DNA from: a virus
Taxonomy: Duplodnaviria > Caudoviricetes
Direction: 5' to 3' (one strand)
IMG/VR virus record: IMGVR_UViG_3300037467_001298
Span: 4,174 to 68,173 of that record
DNA length: 64,000 nucleotides
The notes under the pieces were generated by a model. That model did not search any database and had not been told where the DNA came from. It was given only the letters and a program-made list of their open reading frames with translations. Below are positions 9,179-18,216 of the stretch, one piece after another. Position 1 is the first letter of the stretch, and each line of letters starts with the position of its first letter. The position numbers and the translations under genes were made by a program.

Positions 9179-9310
9179 ATGGCAAGACATGGAAGTTATA
9201 ATTGTCCAAATTGTGATTCAACTGAGGTTTTTGTTACATTTGAAGGTAAGTTAGTGTGTAATGACTGTATGTGGATAAGTCCTGAACCTGTTGTTGAGGA
9301 GAAAAAGTAA
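9179..9310 (+). CDS. 43 aa zinc-ribbon protein
   Basis: GGAGG RBS; CPNC...CNDC. Confidence 0.7.
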   Translation: MARHGSYNCPNCDSTEVFVTFEGKLVCNDCMWISPEPVVEEKK

Positions 9311-9423
9311 TGGAACAGTGGAAAGGTGGACCAAAAAGGTTAACAAAAACGGGTGAACATATTTTAGGAATTATAATCGGCTGTATAATTGGTATTGCAG
9401 CTGGTTTTCTTGGAGGAATGTAA
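9310..9423 (+). CDS. 37 aa membrane micro-protein
   Basis: TAATG coupling; ILGIIIGCIIGIAAGFLGG hydrophobic segment; contains the RBS for gyrA. Confidence 0.55.
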   Translation: MEQWKGGPKRLTKTGEHILGIIIGCIIGIAAGFLGGM

Positions 9424-9424
9424 A

Positions 9425-11428
9425 ATGAGTGTTATTAATATTAATGCACAAGATTTAGTACAAGATAACATGATGGACTATGGTGCTTATGTTATATTAC
9501 AACGTGCTATTCCTGATATTCGAGATGGTTTAAAACCTGTTCATAGAAGGATCTTATATACAATGCACCTTGAAAAAGCAACAAAGTTTACAAAAAGTGC
9601 AAATATCGAAGGTGCTGTAATGAAGATTCATCCGCATGGTTCATCTTATGGAACAATTGTAAATATGGCACAGCGTGACAGACAATCAGTTTTATTAATA
9701 AACGGTAAAGGGAACTTTGGTCAAGCAACATCAAGAGATTTAGCATATGCTGCTTCACGTTATACTGAAGTTAAATTATCTGATGTTGGAATTGAAATGA
9801 TGAAGGATCTTAATAAAAATTTAGTTGACTTTGTTCCATCATATGATGGTAAAGCAACAGTTCCTGAAGTACTACCTGTTAAATTTCCTGTGATTTTAAC
9901 ACAAGCATCAAGTGGTGTAGCGTATGGTATGGCTTCATCAATTCCATCCTTTAACCTTAAGGAATTAGTAAATGGAATGATTAAGTTTATTCGTGAAGGT
10001 AAAAAACTTTTACTTGTACCTGATTTTTCTACTAAAGGTTTTATTGTGAATAACCGTGAAGTTTTTCGTAAAATTAATCTAGAAGGTTCAGGCTCAGTTC
10101 AATTAAGAGGTAAGGTTGAAGTTGATGGTTATAATGTTATGATAACTGAAATACCTTACTCAACAACTCGTGAAGCAATAATTGATAAGATTGTTGAATT
10201 ATCTAAGGACAAATTTAAAAACGTTGCTGAAGTTAAAGACCTCACAGATTTAAAAGGTTTAAAGGTGAGAGTAAGATTTAAACGTGGAACTGATATGAAT
10301 ACTGAAGTTGAAAAACTATTTCAGTTAACACCTTTGCAATCTTCGTACAGTACTAATTTGAATGTATTAATAAATGGTTCGCCAAAGAATATGTCAGTAT
10401 GGGAAGTTATTGAAGAATGGTTGAAATGGCGGAAGCAAACTATTCAAAGAGGCGTTCAATTTGATATTAATAAAATGGAAAAAGATCTTCACATATTAAA
10501 AGGTTTAGAAAAGGTATTACTTGACATTGACAAAGCAATTGAAATCATTCGGCATAATGAAGAAAAGTATATAATTCAGTTATTAATGGATTATTTTAAA
10601 ATTGATGAATTACAAGCTAATGAAGTTGCTGATATGAAACTTCGATATATTAACCGTGAATATATCATAAAGAAAATAAAAGATATTGATAATCTTGCTC
10701 ATAAAATTGAGAATTATAAAGATCTTGTACAAAATAATGAGAGATTAGACAATATTATTATTAAGGACCTCGAAGATGTCGCTGAAAAGTATGGTGTTGA
10801 ACGTCAAAGTAAATTACTTGAGGTTAACTCATCAAGGGTAAAGGCTGTTAAAAAGAAAATGGAAGAGGTTCCAAATTATCCTACAAAATTGTTTATAACA
10901 AAAGAAGGATATGTTAAAAAGATGGCAATTCATGCAAACTTTGAGGACCAATATGTCAAACCGGGAGATGAGATTATTAATGAATTTAGTACATGGAATA
11001 AAGCTGAATTACTCGTTTTTGGTAAGGACCGTTGCTGTCACAAAATTAAAGTTTCGGAAATTGAAGAATCAACTAACAAGGCGCTTGGTACCTTTATACC
11101 TAGTCTTTGTGATGTTGATGGTATTGTGGGTTGCTCTGTTTTCGATGAGTCTAATAAGTTTATTATTATCGGTTATGATAACAACAAAATAGCAAAGATA
11201 AACCTAAAATCATTTGAAGGCAATAGGAAAAAACTTCAAAATTCACTTGCGGATAATGCAAGCGTTGTAGGAATACTAACATTTAAAGATGAAGGTAAAT
11301 TTATATTTAAAACGACAACTTCAACATTTAAAGTTCCTACATCAAAATTTGATTTAAAAGAAAGATGGACTAAAGGTACTTACGGTCCTCAGAAAGGTAA
11401 ATTGATTGAAATTAGAATGGCTGATTAA
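9425..11428 (+). CDS. gyrA: type IIA topoisomerase subunit A (GyrA/ParC family)
   Basis: RAIPDIRDGLKPVHRRIL, HPHG, catalytic AASRYTE; likely start ATG 9425 after GGAGG. Confidence 0.93.
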   Translation: MSVININAQDLVQDNMMDYGAYVILQRAIPDIRDGLKPVHRRILYTMHLEKATKFTKSANIEGAVMKIHPHGSSYGTIVNMAQRDRQSVLLINGKGNFGQATSRDLAYAASRYTEVKLSDVGIEMMKDLNKNLVDFVPSYDGKATVPEVLPVKFPVILTQASSGVAYGMASSIPSFNLKELVNGMIKFIREGKKLLLVPDFSTKGFIVNNREVFRKINLEGSGSVQLRGKVEVDGYNVMITEIPYSTTREAIIDKIVELSKDKFKNVAEVKDLTDLKGLKVRVRFKRGTDMNTEVEKLFQLTPLQSSYSTNLNVLINGSPKNMSVWEVIEEWLKWRKQTIQRGVQFDINKMEKDLHILKGLEKVLLDIDKAIEIIRHNEEKYIIQLLMDYFKIDELQANEVADMKLRYINREYIIKKIKDIDNLAHKIENYKDLVQNNERLDNIIIKDLEDVAEKYGVERQSKLLEVNSSRVKAVKKKMEEVPNYPTKLFITKEGYVKKMAIHANFEDQYVKPGDEIINEFSTWNKAELLVFGKDRCCHKIKVSEIEESTNKALGTFIPSLCDVDGIVGCSVFDESNKFIIIGYDNNKIAKINLKSFEGNRKKLQNSLADNASVVGILTFKDEGKFIFKTTTSTFKVPTSKFDLKERWTKGTYGPQKGKLIEIRMAD

Positions 11429-11454
11429 TGCCATTCTTTTTTTTATTTACATTA

Positions 11455-11483
11455 TTTACAATGTATAAAAAATATGTTACAAT
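11455..11483 (+). promoter_or_regulatory. sigmaA-type promoter
   Basis: TTTACA-N17-TACAAT, extended TG. Confidence 0.7.
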
Positions 11484-11523
11484 TATTTTGTGTTAAACAA
11501 ATAGAAATGGAAGGTGTTAAACA

Positions 11524-12213
11524 ATGACAAATCAAGTTGAAAAGTTTGAAGCACGCGAATCAAAGAAAAAGGTTGATGAACAAGTAATAAAAACTGAGGA
11601 ATTTAAAAATAGTACGCTTGAAAAACAAGGTCAAAAGGTTGCTAATAAATACGGTTTATCAACTGAAGATATCTTCATGATAATCGCACGAGATGGCATG
11701 GAGATGTGGACAAAGATGTGGAACAACTCAATGGAAAATGTTATTCGTGAGACAATTAGAAATGAAATTAAAACAATTGTTAAAGATGTTGTTCAGGATG
11801 TTGTTCAAGATGAATTATCAGCCGCTGCCAGAGGTTTTATGAGAGGTATTGCTATGGCACAAATGGAAAGCATTAATAAACCTAGCGTCGAATGGACAAA
11901 AGAGGAACAAGCTGAATTTGAACTTGAGCCATTTGAATCTGTTGCAAGTACTGCTATAGTTGAACCTGAGGTTGAATTAAAATCTGAACATAAACCAAGG
12001 TATAAAGAATTTAACGGTACATATAAGTTCCGTGATAAACAAAGACTTGATGAAATGATTAGTGAAATGCAATTAGAAGGTAAAGATCCATCTGTTGCAA
12101 AAAATTTCAAAGAAAAAGGTGCTTCCTATAATACAATGTACCAAAACTTCATGAAGGATAACCCAGGTCGTGGAGTATGGAAGCAATATGTTGAACATAT
12201 TTTAAATAATTAA
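11524..12213 (+). CDS. hypothetical helical protein
   Basis: 229 aa ORF with its own promoter and downstream hairpin. Confidence 0.8.
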   Translation: MTNQVEKFEARESKKKVDEQVIKTEEFKNSTLEKQGQKVANKYGLSTEDIFMIIARDGMEMWTKMWNNSMENVIRETIRNEIKTIVKDVVQDVVQDELSAAARGFMRGIAMAQMESINKPSVEWTKEEQAEFELEPFESVASTAIVEPEVELKSEHKPRYKEFNGTYKFRDKQRLDEMISEMQLEGKDPSVAKNFKEKGASYNTMYQNFMKDNPGRGVWKQYVEHILNN

Positions 12214-12226
12214 TAATGTAAATGAT

Positions 12227-12247
12227 GGTGTGGAAATATTCCACACC
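12227..12247 (+). terminator. hairpin, possible terminator
   Basis: GGTGTGGAA-ATA-TTCCACACC; weak U-tract. Confidence 0.45.
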
Positions 12248-12253
12248 TTCTGG

Positions 12254-12282
12254 TTTACACCAGAATTTTTATTGTATATAAT
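12254..12282 (+). promoter_or_regulatory. sigmaA-type promoter of dnaE
   Basis: TTTACA-N17-TATAAT. Confidence 0.75.
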
Positions 12283-12324
12283 TATATTGATTTAAAAAAA
12301 TGTTTCCAAAGGAGGATTCTAAGA

Positions 12325-15300
12325 TTGCTAAAAACATGGTATTCGAATCATAATCATACAGACCGTTCTAACTTTCGTTTAAAAGATGCAATTAATAAAG
12401 TAGACAAGATGATTGATTATGCTGTTGAAATAGGAATGAGTGGTTTATCAATAACAGACCATGAAACATTGGCCGCTCATGTTGAAGCTATTCAATATGT
12501 TAAAAAGCAAAAGGAAAAAGGTAAAATTCCTAAAGAATTTAAATTAGGTTTAGGTGACGAAATTTATTTGGTCGACCGTCAAGTAGCGACTCATGCTCGT
12601 GAAACAAATGAACCTATTAAATATTACCACTTTTTATTAACTGCTAAAGACCGTTTTGGATATGATGGTTTAAAAGAAATTACATCATTAGCATGGGAAA
12701 ATAGTTTTTGGCATAGAGGTATGGAACGTGTTCCTACATACAAAGATGATTTGGAAAAAATCATGGAAAAGTATAAAGGACATATTATTGCTACAACTGC
12801 GTGCTTGGGTTCTGAATGGGACCAAACAATTTTAAACTGGGTTAAAGAAGAACACGTTGGTAAAAAACAAGAGTTTAAATTAAAAATTCATAAACTTGTA
12901 CTTTGGTATAAAAAATTGTTTGGTGATGATTTTTATATTGAGATTCAGCCATCATTTAATCAAGAGCAAATACTTTATAATAAAAATGCAATCATTATCG
13001 CAGATGCTTATAAAGTTAAAACGGTTGTTGCTACTGATGCCCATTATTTAAATAAAGCACAAGCAATTATTCATGAAACATATTTAAAGGCTGATGAAGG
13101 CGAGAGAGAGGTTGCTGAATTTTATTCTTCAACGTATATGATGTCAGTCGACGAGATGTGGGAATATTTTGATGGTAATATTTCTGCAACTAAGTTTGAG
13201 GAATGTTTACAGAATACATTAGAAATAATGAATAAGATTGAAGAATTTGACTTATATCATCCTACTATTGTACCTGATGTAAAAATTCCTGAATTTAATT
13301 TACTACATTTGTTTGAGCGATTCTATGATAAGTATGAATATATTAGAAAATTTGCATACAGTCCTAGGATTGAGGACCGTTATCATTTAAAACGAGTTGA
13401 AGAAGGATTTATTAAATACAGACAAGAAGCGAATGAAATAAATCTTGATCGTATTAATGAAGAGTATAAAGAATTATGGCTGACAAGTGAAAAATTAGGT
13501 CAGGCTGTTTCATCATATTATTTATTGACACAAAAAGTTGTTGATTTAATGTGGGAAGTTTCACTTGTAGGTGTTAGTCGTGGATCTGCTGCAAGTTGGT
13601 ACACTGTTTATTTATTAGGTATTACACAAATAAATCCTATTAAATATAACTTACCTCACTGGCGACACTTAACGCATGAAAGACCTGAAATGCCAGATAT
13701 TGATATTGATACAGAAGCATCTCAACGTGCTGCTATTATTGAAATAATGAAGCGTGAGTTTGGTGAAAACAATGTTTTAAATATTAGTACATTAACAAAA
13801 GAAAAAACGAGGTCTGCAATATTAACTGCTTGCCGAGGAATGGGTATTGACAATGATATTGCTCAAAATATAGCAAACCTAATACCTACTGATAAAACAG
13901 GTATGTGGACATTAAGGGAGTGTTTAGAAGGCAATGAAGAAGATGGTAAGAAACCTGTTAAGGAATTGGTTGAAGAATTTCAACAGTATCCCGGACTTCT
14001 CGAGGCAATCGAAACTATTGAAGGTTTAGTATCAGGAAGATCTGTTCATGCAAGTGGTGTTTATATTTATAATGATGGTTATCTATCACAAAATGCTATG
14101 ATGAAAACTACAGGTGGTCAGTATGTTACTCAATTTAATATGGGCGATTCTGATTACCAAGGTGGACTAAAACTCGACTTTTTAACAATAAACGCTTTGG
14201 ACCGCGAACGTTCTTGTATGGATTTATTACTTGATGCAGGTAAAATGGAATGGCAAGGTACTTTACGTGCTACCTATGAAAAATATTTACACCCTGATGT
14301 ACTTGAGATGGAAGAACCTGAAATGTTCAAATTGTTATTTGAAGGACAAATTCTTGATGCTTTCCAATTTGATTCTGCTGTAGGTTCACAAGCAGTACAA
14401 AAGATTTATCCACAAAGTTTTTATGAGTTAGAGGCAGGAAACTCATTGATGAGGCTTTCACCAGAAGGTGGAGAATCACCGCTTGATAAATATGTCCGTC
14501 ATAAAAAAGATATTAATGAGTGGTATAATGAAATGAATAAAGCAGGTTTAACTGTTGAAGAACAGGAACTGTTGAAAAGTTATTTATCACAAAACTACGG
14601 GATGTGTGACACTCAGGAGGCCATGATGTTACTTTCAATGGACCCATCAATTGCAGATTTTGGTTTATTGGAGGCAAACAAATTAAGAAAAGGTGTTGCT
14701 AAAAAGAAAAAAGAAATTCTTGATGAATGCCGTGAGATGTTTGTTGAAGGATGTAAAAAAACTAATTGTAGGGATGAGATGCGTGACTACGTTTGGTATG
14801 TACTGTTTGCTCCTCAGTTTGGTTATTCGTTTAGTTTACCTCATATCGCAGGATATACAATGATTCTTATGCAAGAGTTAAATCTTGCAACAAGATATGG
14901 CGTTATTTATTGGAAGACTGCGTGTTTAACAGTTAACTCAGGTTTAATTGGAGAACGTGAAGGAAATACGAACTACGGTGCTGTTGCAAAGGCTGTTGGT
15001 GATATGCGAGGTCTTGTATTAAATCCTGATATTAACCGTTCAGGTAAAGGATTTACACCACTTGAATCTGAAGGTAAAATATTGTTTGGACTAAAACCAA
15101 TATCAGGTTTAGGTAAAGATGCACTTAATGTAATAATGGAAAAACGACCTTTTACATCATTGGAAGATTTTGTTGAAAGGGCTATTGTAGGCAAACCTGA
15201 TGTTCTTGATGATGAAGGTAATCTTGTTTGGCGAGATAATACAATGAGTGAAAAGAAAGGCGTAACAGTTATTAAGTCAGGTTGCTTTGATGGGTTATAT

Positions 15301-16203
15301 CCTGATATTAAAAGAAGACAATTAATGATTAAGTACGTTGATTTAGTTGTTAAAGGAAATGCAAAACTAACATTAACTAACTTACCTTCATTAATTGAAT
15401 TTATACCTAAAGGTAAATTTACAGAAGAACTATGGGTATATACTTTTAGGAATAAACTGTTTGGAAGAAATAAGGTTCCTATGACAAAGGAAATCGAAAA
15501 ACAGTTTATGAATTTTGCTAGAGAGAAAAAAGATATTAAGTATGATTTTGTTGATGGTGTACTTGTGGTTGAACAAAAGTCATTTGACAAAATTTACAAA
15601 AAGATTATTGAACCTTTAAGGCAATGGGTTATCAGCCCCGAAGCATTACAGGCATTCAATCGTAAAAAGAAACAAGAATTTTGGAAAGAAAACTGTATGG
15701 GCATTGAAGAACAGTGGGAAATGGAAACAGTTGTTTTCTATTCCGATAAACATGAACTCGACTACGTACCACTTGATAAATATTTTGATATTATTGACTT
15801 CAATGAACTTCAACCTGACAACATTGTTGAGTGGAAAACATATGGTAGAAAAAGATTTCCTAGGTACGAGCTTGGTATAATTGCAGGAACGGTTGTTGAT
15901 AAGGATAAAGATAAACATATTGTATATCTATCAACTCAGTACGGAGTTATACCAGTAAAATATCACAAGGGTGCGTTCTTACATTATGACAAGAAAATAG
16001 TTGATGTAAGGGGAGAAAAGAAGGAAATTCTTGATGAATCATGGTTTAAAAGAGGAACTAGACTTGTAATTGTTGGTTATCGAAGAGGTGATGAGTTTGT
16101 TCCAAAGGTGTATAAAGACACTGCTTATGAACATACTACCATGAAAATCTTGGGTTATAATAATGAAAATGTACAATTACAAATGAATAAAAAGCATATT
16201 TAG
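12325..16203 (+). CDS. dnaE: DNA polymerase III alpha subunit (DnaE type)
   Basis: PHP domain HNHT/TDHE/TDAHY, SRGSAAS, PDIDIDT, SVHASGV, KLDFL, GYSFSLPH, C-terminal OB fold; TTG start. Confidence 0.96.
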   Translation: MLKTWYSNHNHTDRSNFRLKDAINKVDKMIDYAVEIGMSGLSITDHETLAAHVEAIQYVKKQKEKGKIPKEFKLGLGDEIYLVDRQVATHARETNEPIKYYHFLLTAKDRFGYDGLKEITSLAWENSFWHRGMERVPTYKDDLEKIMEKYKGHIIATTACLGSEWDQTILNWVKEEHVGKKQEFKLKIHKLVLWYKKLFGDDFYIEIQPSFNQEQILYNKNAIIIADAYKVKTVVATDAHYLNKAQAIIHETYLKADEGEREVAEFYSSTYMMSVDEMWEYFDGNISATKFEECLQNTLEIMNKIEEFDLYHPTIVPDVKIPEFNLLHLFERFYDKYEYIRKFAYSPRIEDRYHLKRVEEGFIKYRQEANEINLDRINEEYKELWLTSEKLGQAVSSYYLLTQKVVDLMWEVSLVGVSRGSAASWYTVYLLGITQINPIKYNLPHWRHLTHERPEMPDIDIDTEASQRAAIIEIMKREFGENNVLNISTLTKEKTRSAILTACRGMGIDNDIAQNIANLIPTDKTGMWTLRECLEGNEEDGKKPVKELVEEFQQYPGLLEAIETIEGLVSGRSVHASGVYIYNDGYLSQNAMMKTTGGQYVTQFNMGDSDYQGGLKLDFLTINALDRERSCMDLLLDAGKMEWQGTLRATYEKYLHPDVLEMEEPEMFKLLFEGQILDAFQFDSAVGSQAVQKIYPQSFYELEAGNSLMRLSPEGGESPLDKYVRHKKDINEWYNEMNKAGLTVEEQELLKSYLSQNYGMCDTQEAMMLLSMDPSIADFGLLEANKLRKGVAKKKKEILDECREMFVEGCKKTNCRDEMRDYVWYVLFAPQFGYSFSLPHIAGYTMILMQELNLATRYGVIYWKTACLTVNSGLIGEREGNTNYGAVAKAVGDMRGLVLNPDINRSGKGFTPLESEGKILFGLKPISGLGKDALNVIMEKRPFTSLEDFVERAIVGKPDVLDDEGNLVWRDNTMSEKKGVTVIKSGCFDGLYPDIKRRQLMIKYVDLVVKGNAKLTLTNLPSLIEFIPKGKFTEELWVYTFRNKLFGRNKVPMTKEIEKQFMNFAREKKDIKYDFVDGVLVVEQKSFDKIYKKIIEPLRQWVISPEALQAFNRKKKQEFWKENCMGIEEQWEMETVVFYSDKHELDYVPLDKYFDIIDFNELQPDNIVEWKTYGRKRFPRYELGIIAGTVVDKDKDKHIVYLSTQYGVIPVKYHKGAFLHYDKKIVDVRGEKKEILDESWFKRGTRLVIVGYRRGDEFVPKVYKDTAYEHTTMKILGYNNENVQLQMNKKHI

Positions 16204-16208
16204 GGACG

Positions 16209-16244
16209 TTCTGGTGATGTTTTTTCGTCACCAGAATATGTTTT
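16209..16244 (+). terminator. intrinsic terminator after dnaE
   Basis: TTCTGGTGA...TCACCAGAA stem followed by TATGTTTT. Confidence 0.6.
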
Positions 16245-16413
16245 AATATAAATATACATTGATACAAAAAACATTAAAAAAGTATGGTTCCAGGGATCCC
16301 ATTTATTACAGATTTTATAACGAACGGTAAACAACTATATAGAAAATCTGTAATTTCTATCAATATATTGTAATTTCTCAGTAAAAAAATCAACATATTG
16401 ATAAAAAAAATGT

Positions 16414-16431
16414 ATAAAATTGAAATTTTAT
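16414..16431. promoter_or_regulatory. palindromic motif ATAAAAT-N4-ATTTTAT (copy 1)
   Basis: Directly upstream of the -35 at 16433. Confidence 0.5.
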
Positions 16432-16432
16432 G

Positions 16433-16461
16433 TTTACATTTTTACATTATTTTTATATAAT
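16433..16461 (+). promoter_or_regulatory. sigmaA-type promoter
   Basis: TTTACA-N17-TATAAT. Confidence 0.75.
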
Positions 16462-16530
16462 TGTTTATGTAATCGAATGAATGGAAACAAATGTTCCATA
16501 TCAATTATTTAAACAACAGGGGGAAATAAG

Positions 16531-16752
16531 ATGACGGCAACATCTTCTAACAAAGGACAAATTATCGAGGCACTTAAAAAACTACAACTGGCTGCACTTG
16601 AACTATCTAATGTAATTGATGAAACAGGTTATAAATTTGAAGGAGCACCAGAATACCTACAAGACACTGATGACTTTGCATATGATATTACATCCTTTGT
16701 TGAAGATGAGGTCTCTGAGCTGGAAAAACCACAACTTCTTTTAGTTAAATAG
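16531..16752 (+). CDS. hypothetical protein
   Basis: GGGGG RBS, 73 aa ORF. Confidence 0.75.
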   Translation: MTATSSNKGQIIEALKKLQLAALELSNVIDETGYKFEGAPEYLQDTDDFAYDITSFVEDEVSELEKPQLLLVK

Positions 16753-16763
16753 GAGGAATTAGT

Positions 16764-17156
16764 ATGATAAATACGTTGCAAATGGTACTTGATAAACAAG
16801 CGGAGTTTCAAAAGAAGTTTGGATTTGAAGGATTAGAGCAGACCGATATTGAAACGGTCTCTTCTTTAATCCATACTCATTCACATTTTACAATGGAAGA
16901 ACTTTTTGAAATGGAAAGAGAACTTCCATATCATAAACCCTGGAAAGATTATTCAGGGTTAACTAAATACGAAGTTATAGAAAATTTTCAAAAAGGAAGA
17001 GAAGAATGGATTGATGCTTTTATCTTTCTAATGAATGTTGGGTTATTCTTAGGTTTCGATTCAAAACTAATTGAGCAAATGTATTTAGAAAAACTTGGAA
17101 TAAATCATAAAAGACAAGAAGATCCAAAACTAGGATATATTACGGAGGTAAATTAA
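16764..17156 (+). CDS. all-alpha NTP pyrophosphatase (dimeric dUTPase / T4 gp56 dCTPase-like, MazG superfamily)
   Basis: LDKQAEFQ, MEELFEM, HKPWK, REEWIDAFIFLMNV, KLGINHKRQ. Confidence 0.8.
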   Translation: MINTLQMVLDKQAEFQKKFGFEGLEQTDIETVSSLIHTHSHFTMEELFEMERELPYHKPWKDYSGLTKYEVIENFQKGREEWIDAFIFLMNVGLFLGFDSKLIEQMYLEKLGINHKRQEDPKLGYITEVN

Positions 17157-17342
17157 ATGAGATTAACATTAAGCGGTGGAATATTGAGAGCAGGAAATAT
17201 TGAGGTTGGGTCAACAATTACAACTTTTGGACCAGACGGTGAAGAAACAACAATTGAAAAACCATCATATTTAATTAAAGATGATGGAACAAAGGTAGAG
17301 TTAACAAAAGAACAAGCAAAACAATATGGTATCGGTAAATAA
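17157..17342 (+). CDS. hypothetical protein
   Basis: GGAGG RBS, 61 aa ORF. Confidence 0.7.
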   Translation: MRLTLSGGILRAGNIEVGSTITTFGPDGEETTIEKPSYLIKDDGTKVELTKEQAKQYGIGK

Positions 17343-17444
17343 TGCGATATAACGAACGGATGGTAGGGATTAACGAATCTCTACCATTTGTCGTATTTTG
17401 TCGATATTTGTTTAGAAAAGAGAATGTTTTTAAGACAAATCCTA

Positions 17445-17473
17445 TTTACATAATTTTCATATGATGTTATTAT
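17445..17473 (+). promoter_or_regulatory. sigmaA-type promoter
   Basis: TTTACA-N17-TATTAT, extended TG. Confidence 0.55.
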
Positions 17474-17554
17474 ATACATATACAAATTAATAAAAAAATA
17501 TTTAAAAAAGCGTTTAAAAGTGATAAAATATGTATATAATAATAAAAATATGAA

Positions 17555-17983
17555 ATGAGGATGAATGTAATGGCTGTTCAAACAGATTTAAGTATTATTA
17601 AGGAAATTATTGAAATGACTTGCGAAGAGAAAGTAAAACTAATATTTGCTGAAAAACCAGGTTGGTTACTGATGAAAACAGCCGATAAAAATAAAGGAAT
17701 TGGTGCTATAAGATTAAATAAAAATTCATTTATTACTTTATATGTTGATACTAATGAAGGTTACTTATTAGAAGATAAAATTACTGAACTTGAAACATTT
17801 AAAGGAAAAATTATTGATATAAATTCAAAGGTAACTGGAAACTTTGTACAAAATAAAATTAAACTTTACAGTGAGGATGCTATTGAATTTGCTATTGAAC
17901 TTATAAATAAAGTATTTAATGAAGGTGCTGTATTTACAGGAAAAAGAATAAGAGTATCAAAAACCGAAACAAGCGTCGCCTAG
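17555..17983 (+). CDS. hypothetical monocistronic protein, possible DUF5655/YjbR-like fold
   Basis: C-terminal KIKLYSEDAIEFAIELINKVF pattern; own promoter and terminator. Confidence 0.65.
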   Translation: MRMNVMAVQTDLSIIKEIIEMTCEEKVKLIFAEKPGWLLMKTADKNKGIGAIRLNKNSFITLYVDTNEGYLLEDKITELETFKGKIIDINSKVTGNFVQNKIKLYSEDAIEFAIELINKVFNEGAVFTGKRIRVSKTETSVA

Positions 17984-17999
17984 GCGGCGTTTTTATTTT
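17972..17999 (+). terminator. intrinsic terminator
   Basis: GCGTCGCC/GGCGGCGT GC-rich stem with TTTTTATTTT. Confidence 0.75.
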
Positions 18000-18160
18000 C
18001 CCAATTATCGGAACAGTCCGACAATTTAATAGACAAGTAATTAATATATTTACTATTAGTATTAATATAATAATTCATTACATTCATTATTATAATGGAA
18101 AAAATAGTATCTGTAAACTGAAATTAAAAAATTTCTATTTTAAAATTAAAATATATTTGG

Positions 18161-18189
18161 TTTACATATAATTAAAAAGTATATATAAT
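18161..18189 (+). promoter_or_regulatory. sigmaA-type promoter of the kinase-phosphatase-nucleotidyltransferase-GT operon
   Basis: TTTACA-N17-TATAAT. Confidence 0.75.
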
Positions 18190-18216
18190 ATTGATATATT
18201 TAAATGGAGGTGTCAT

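Noticed and set aside
7106-16203. Inteins or group I introns in gyrB, gyrA or dnaE
   Set aside because: Protein lengths are normal, the reading frames are uninterrupted and no intein splice motifs were seen.
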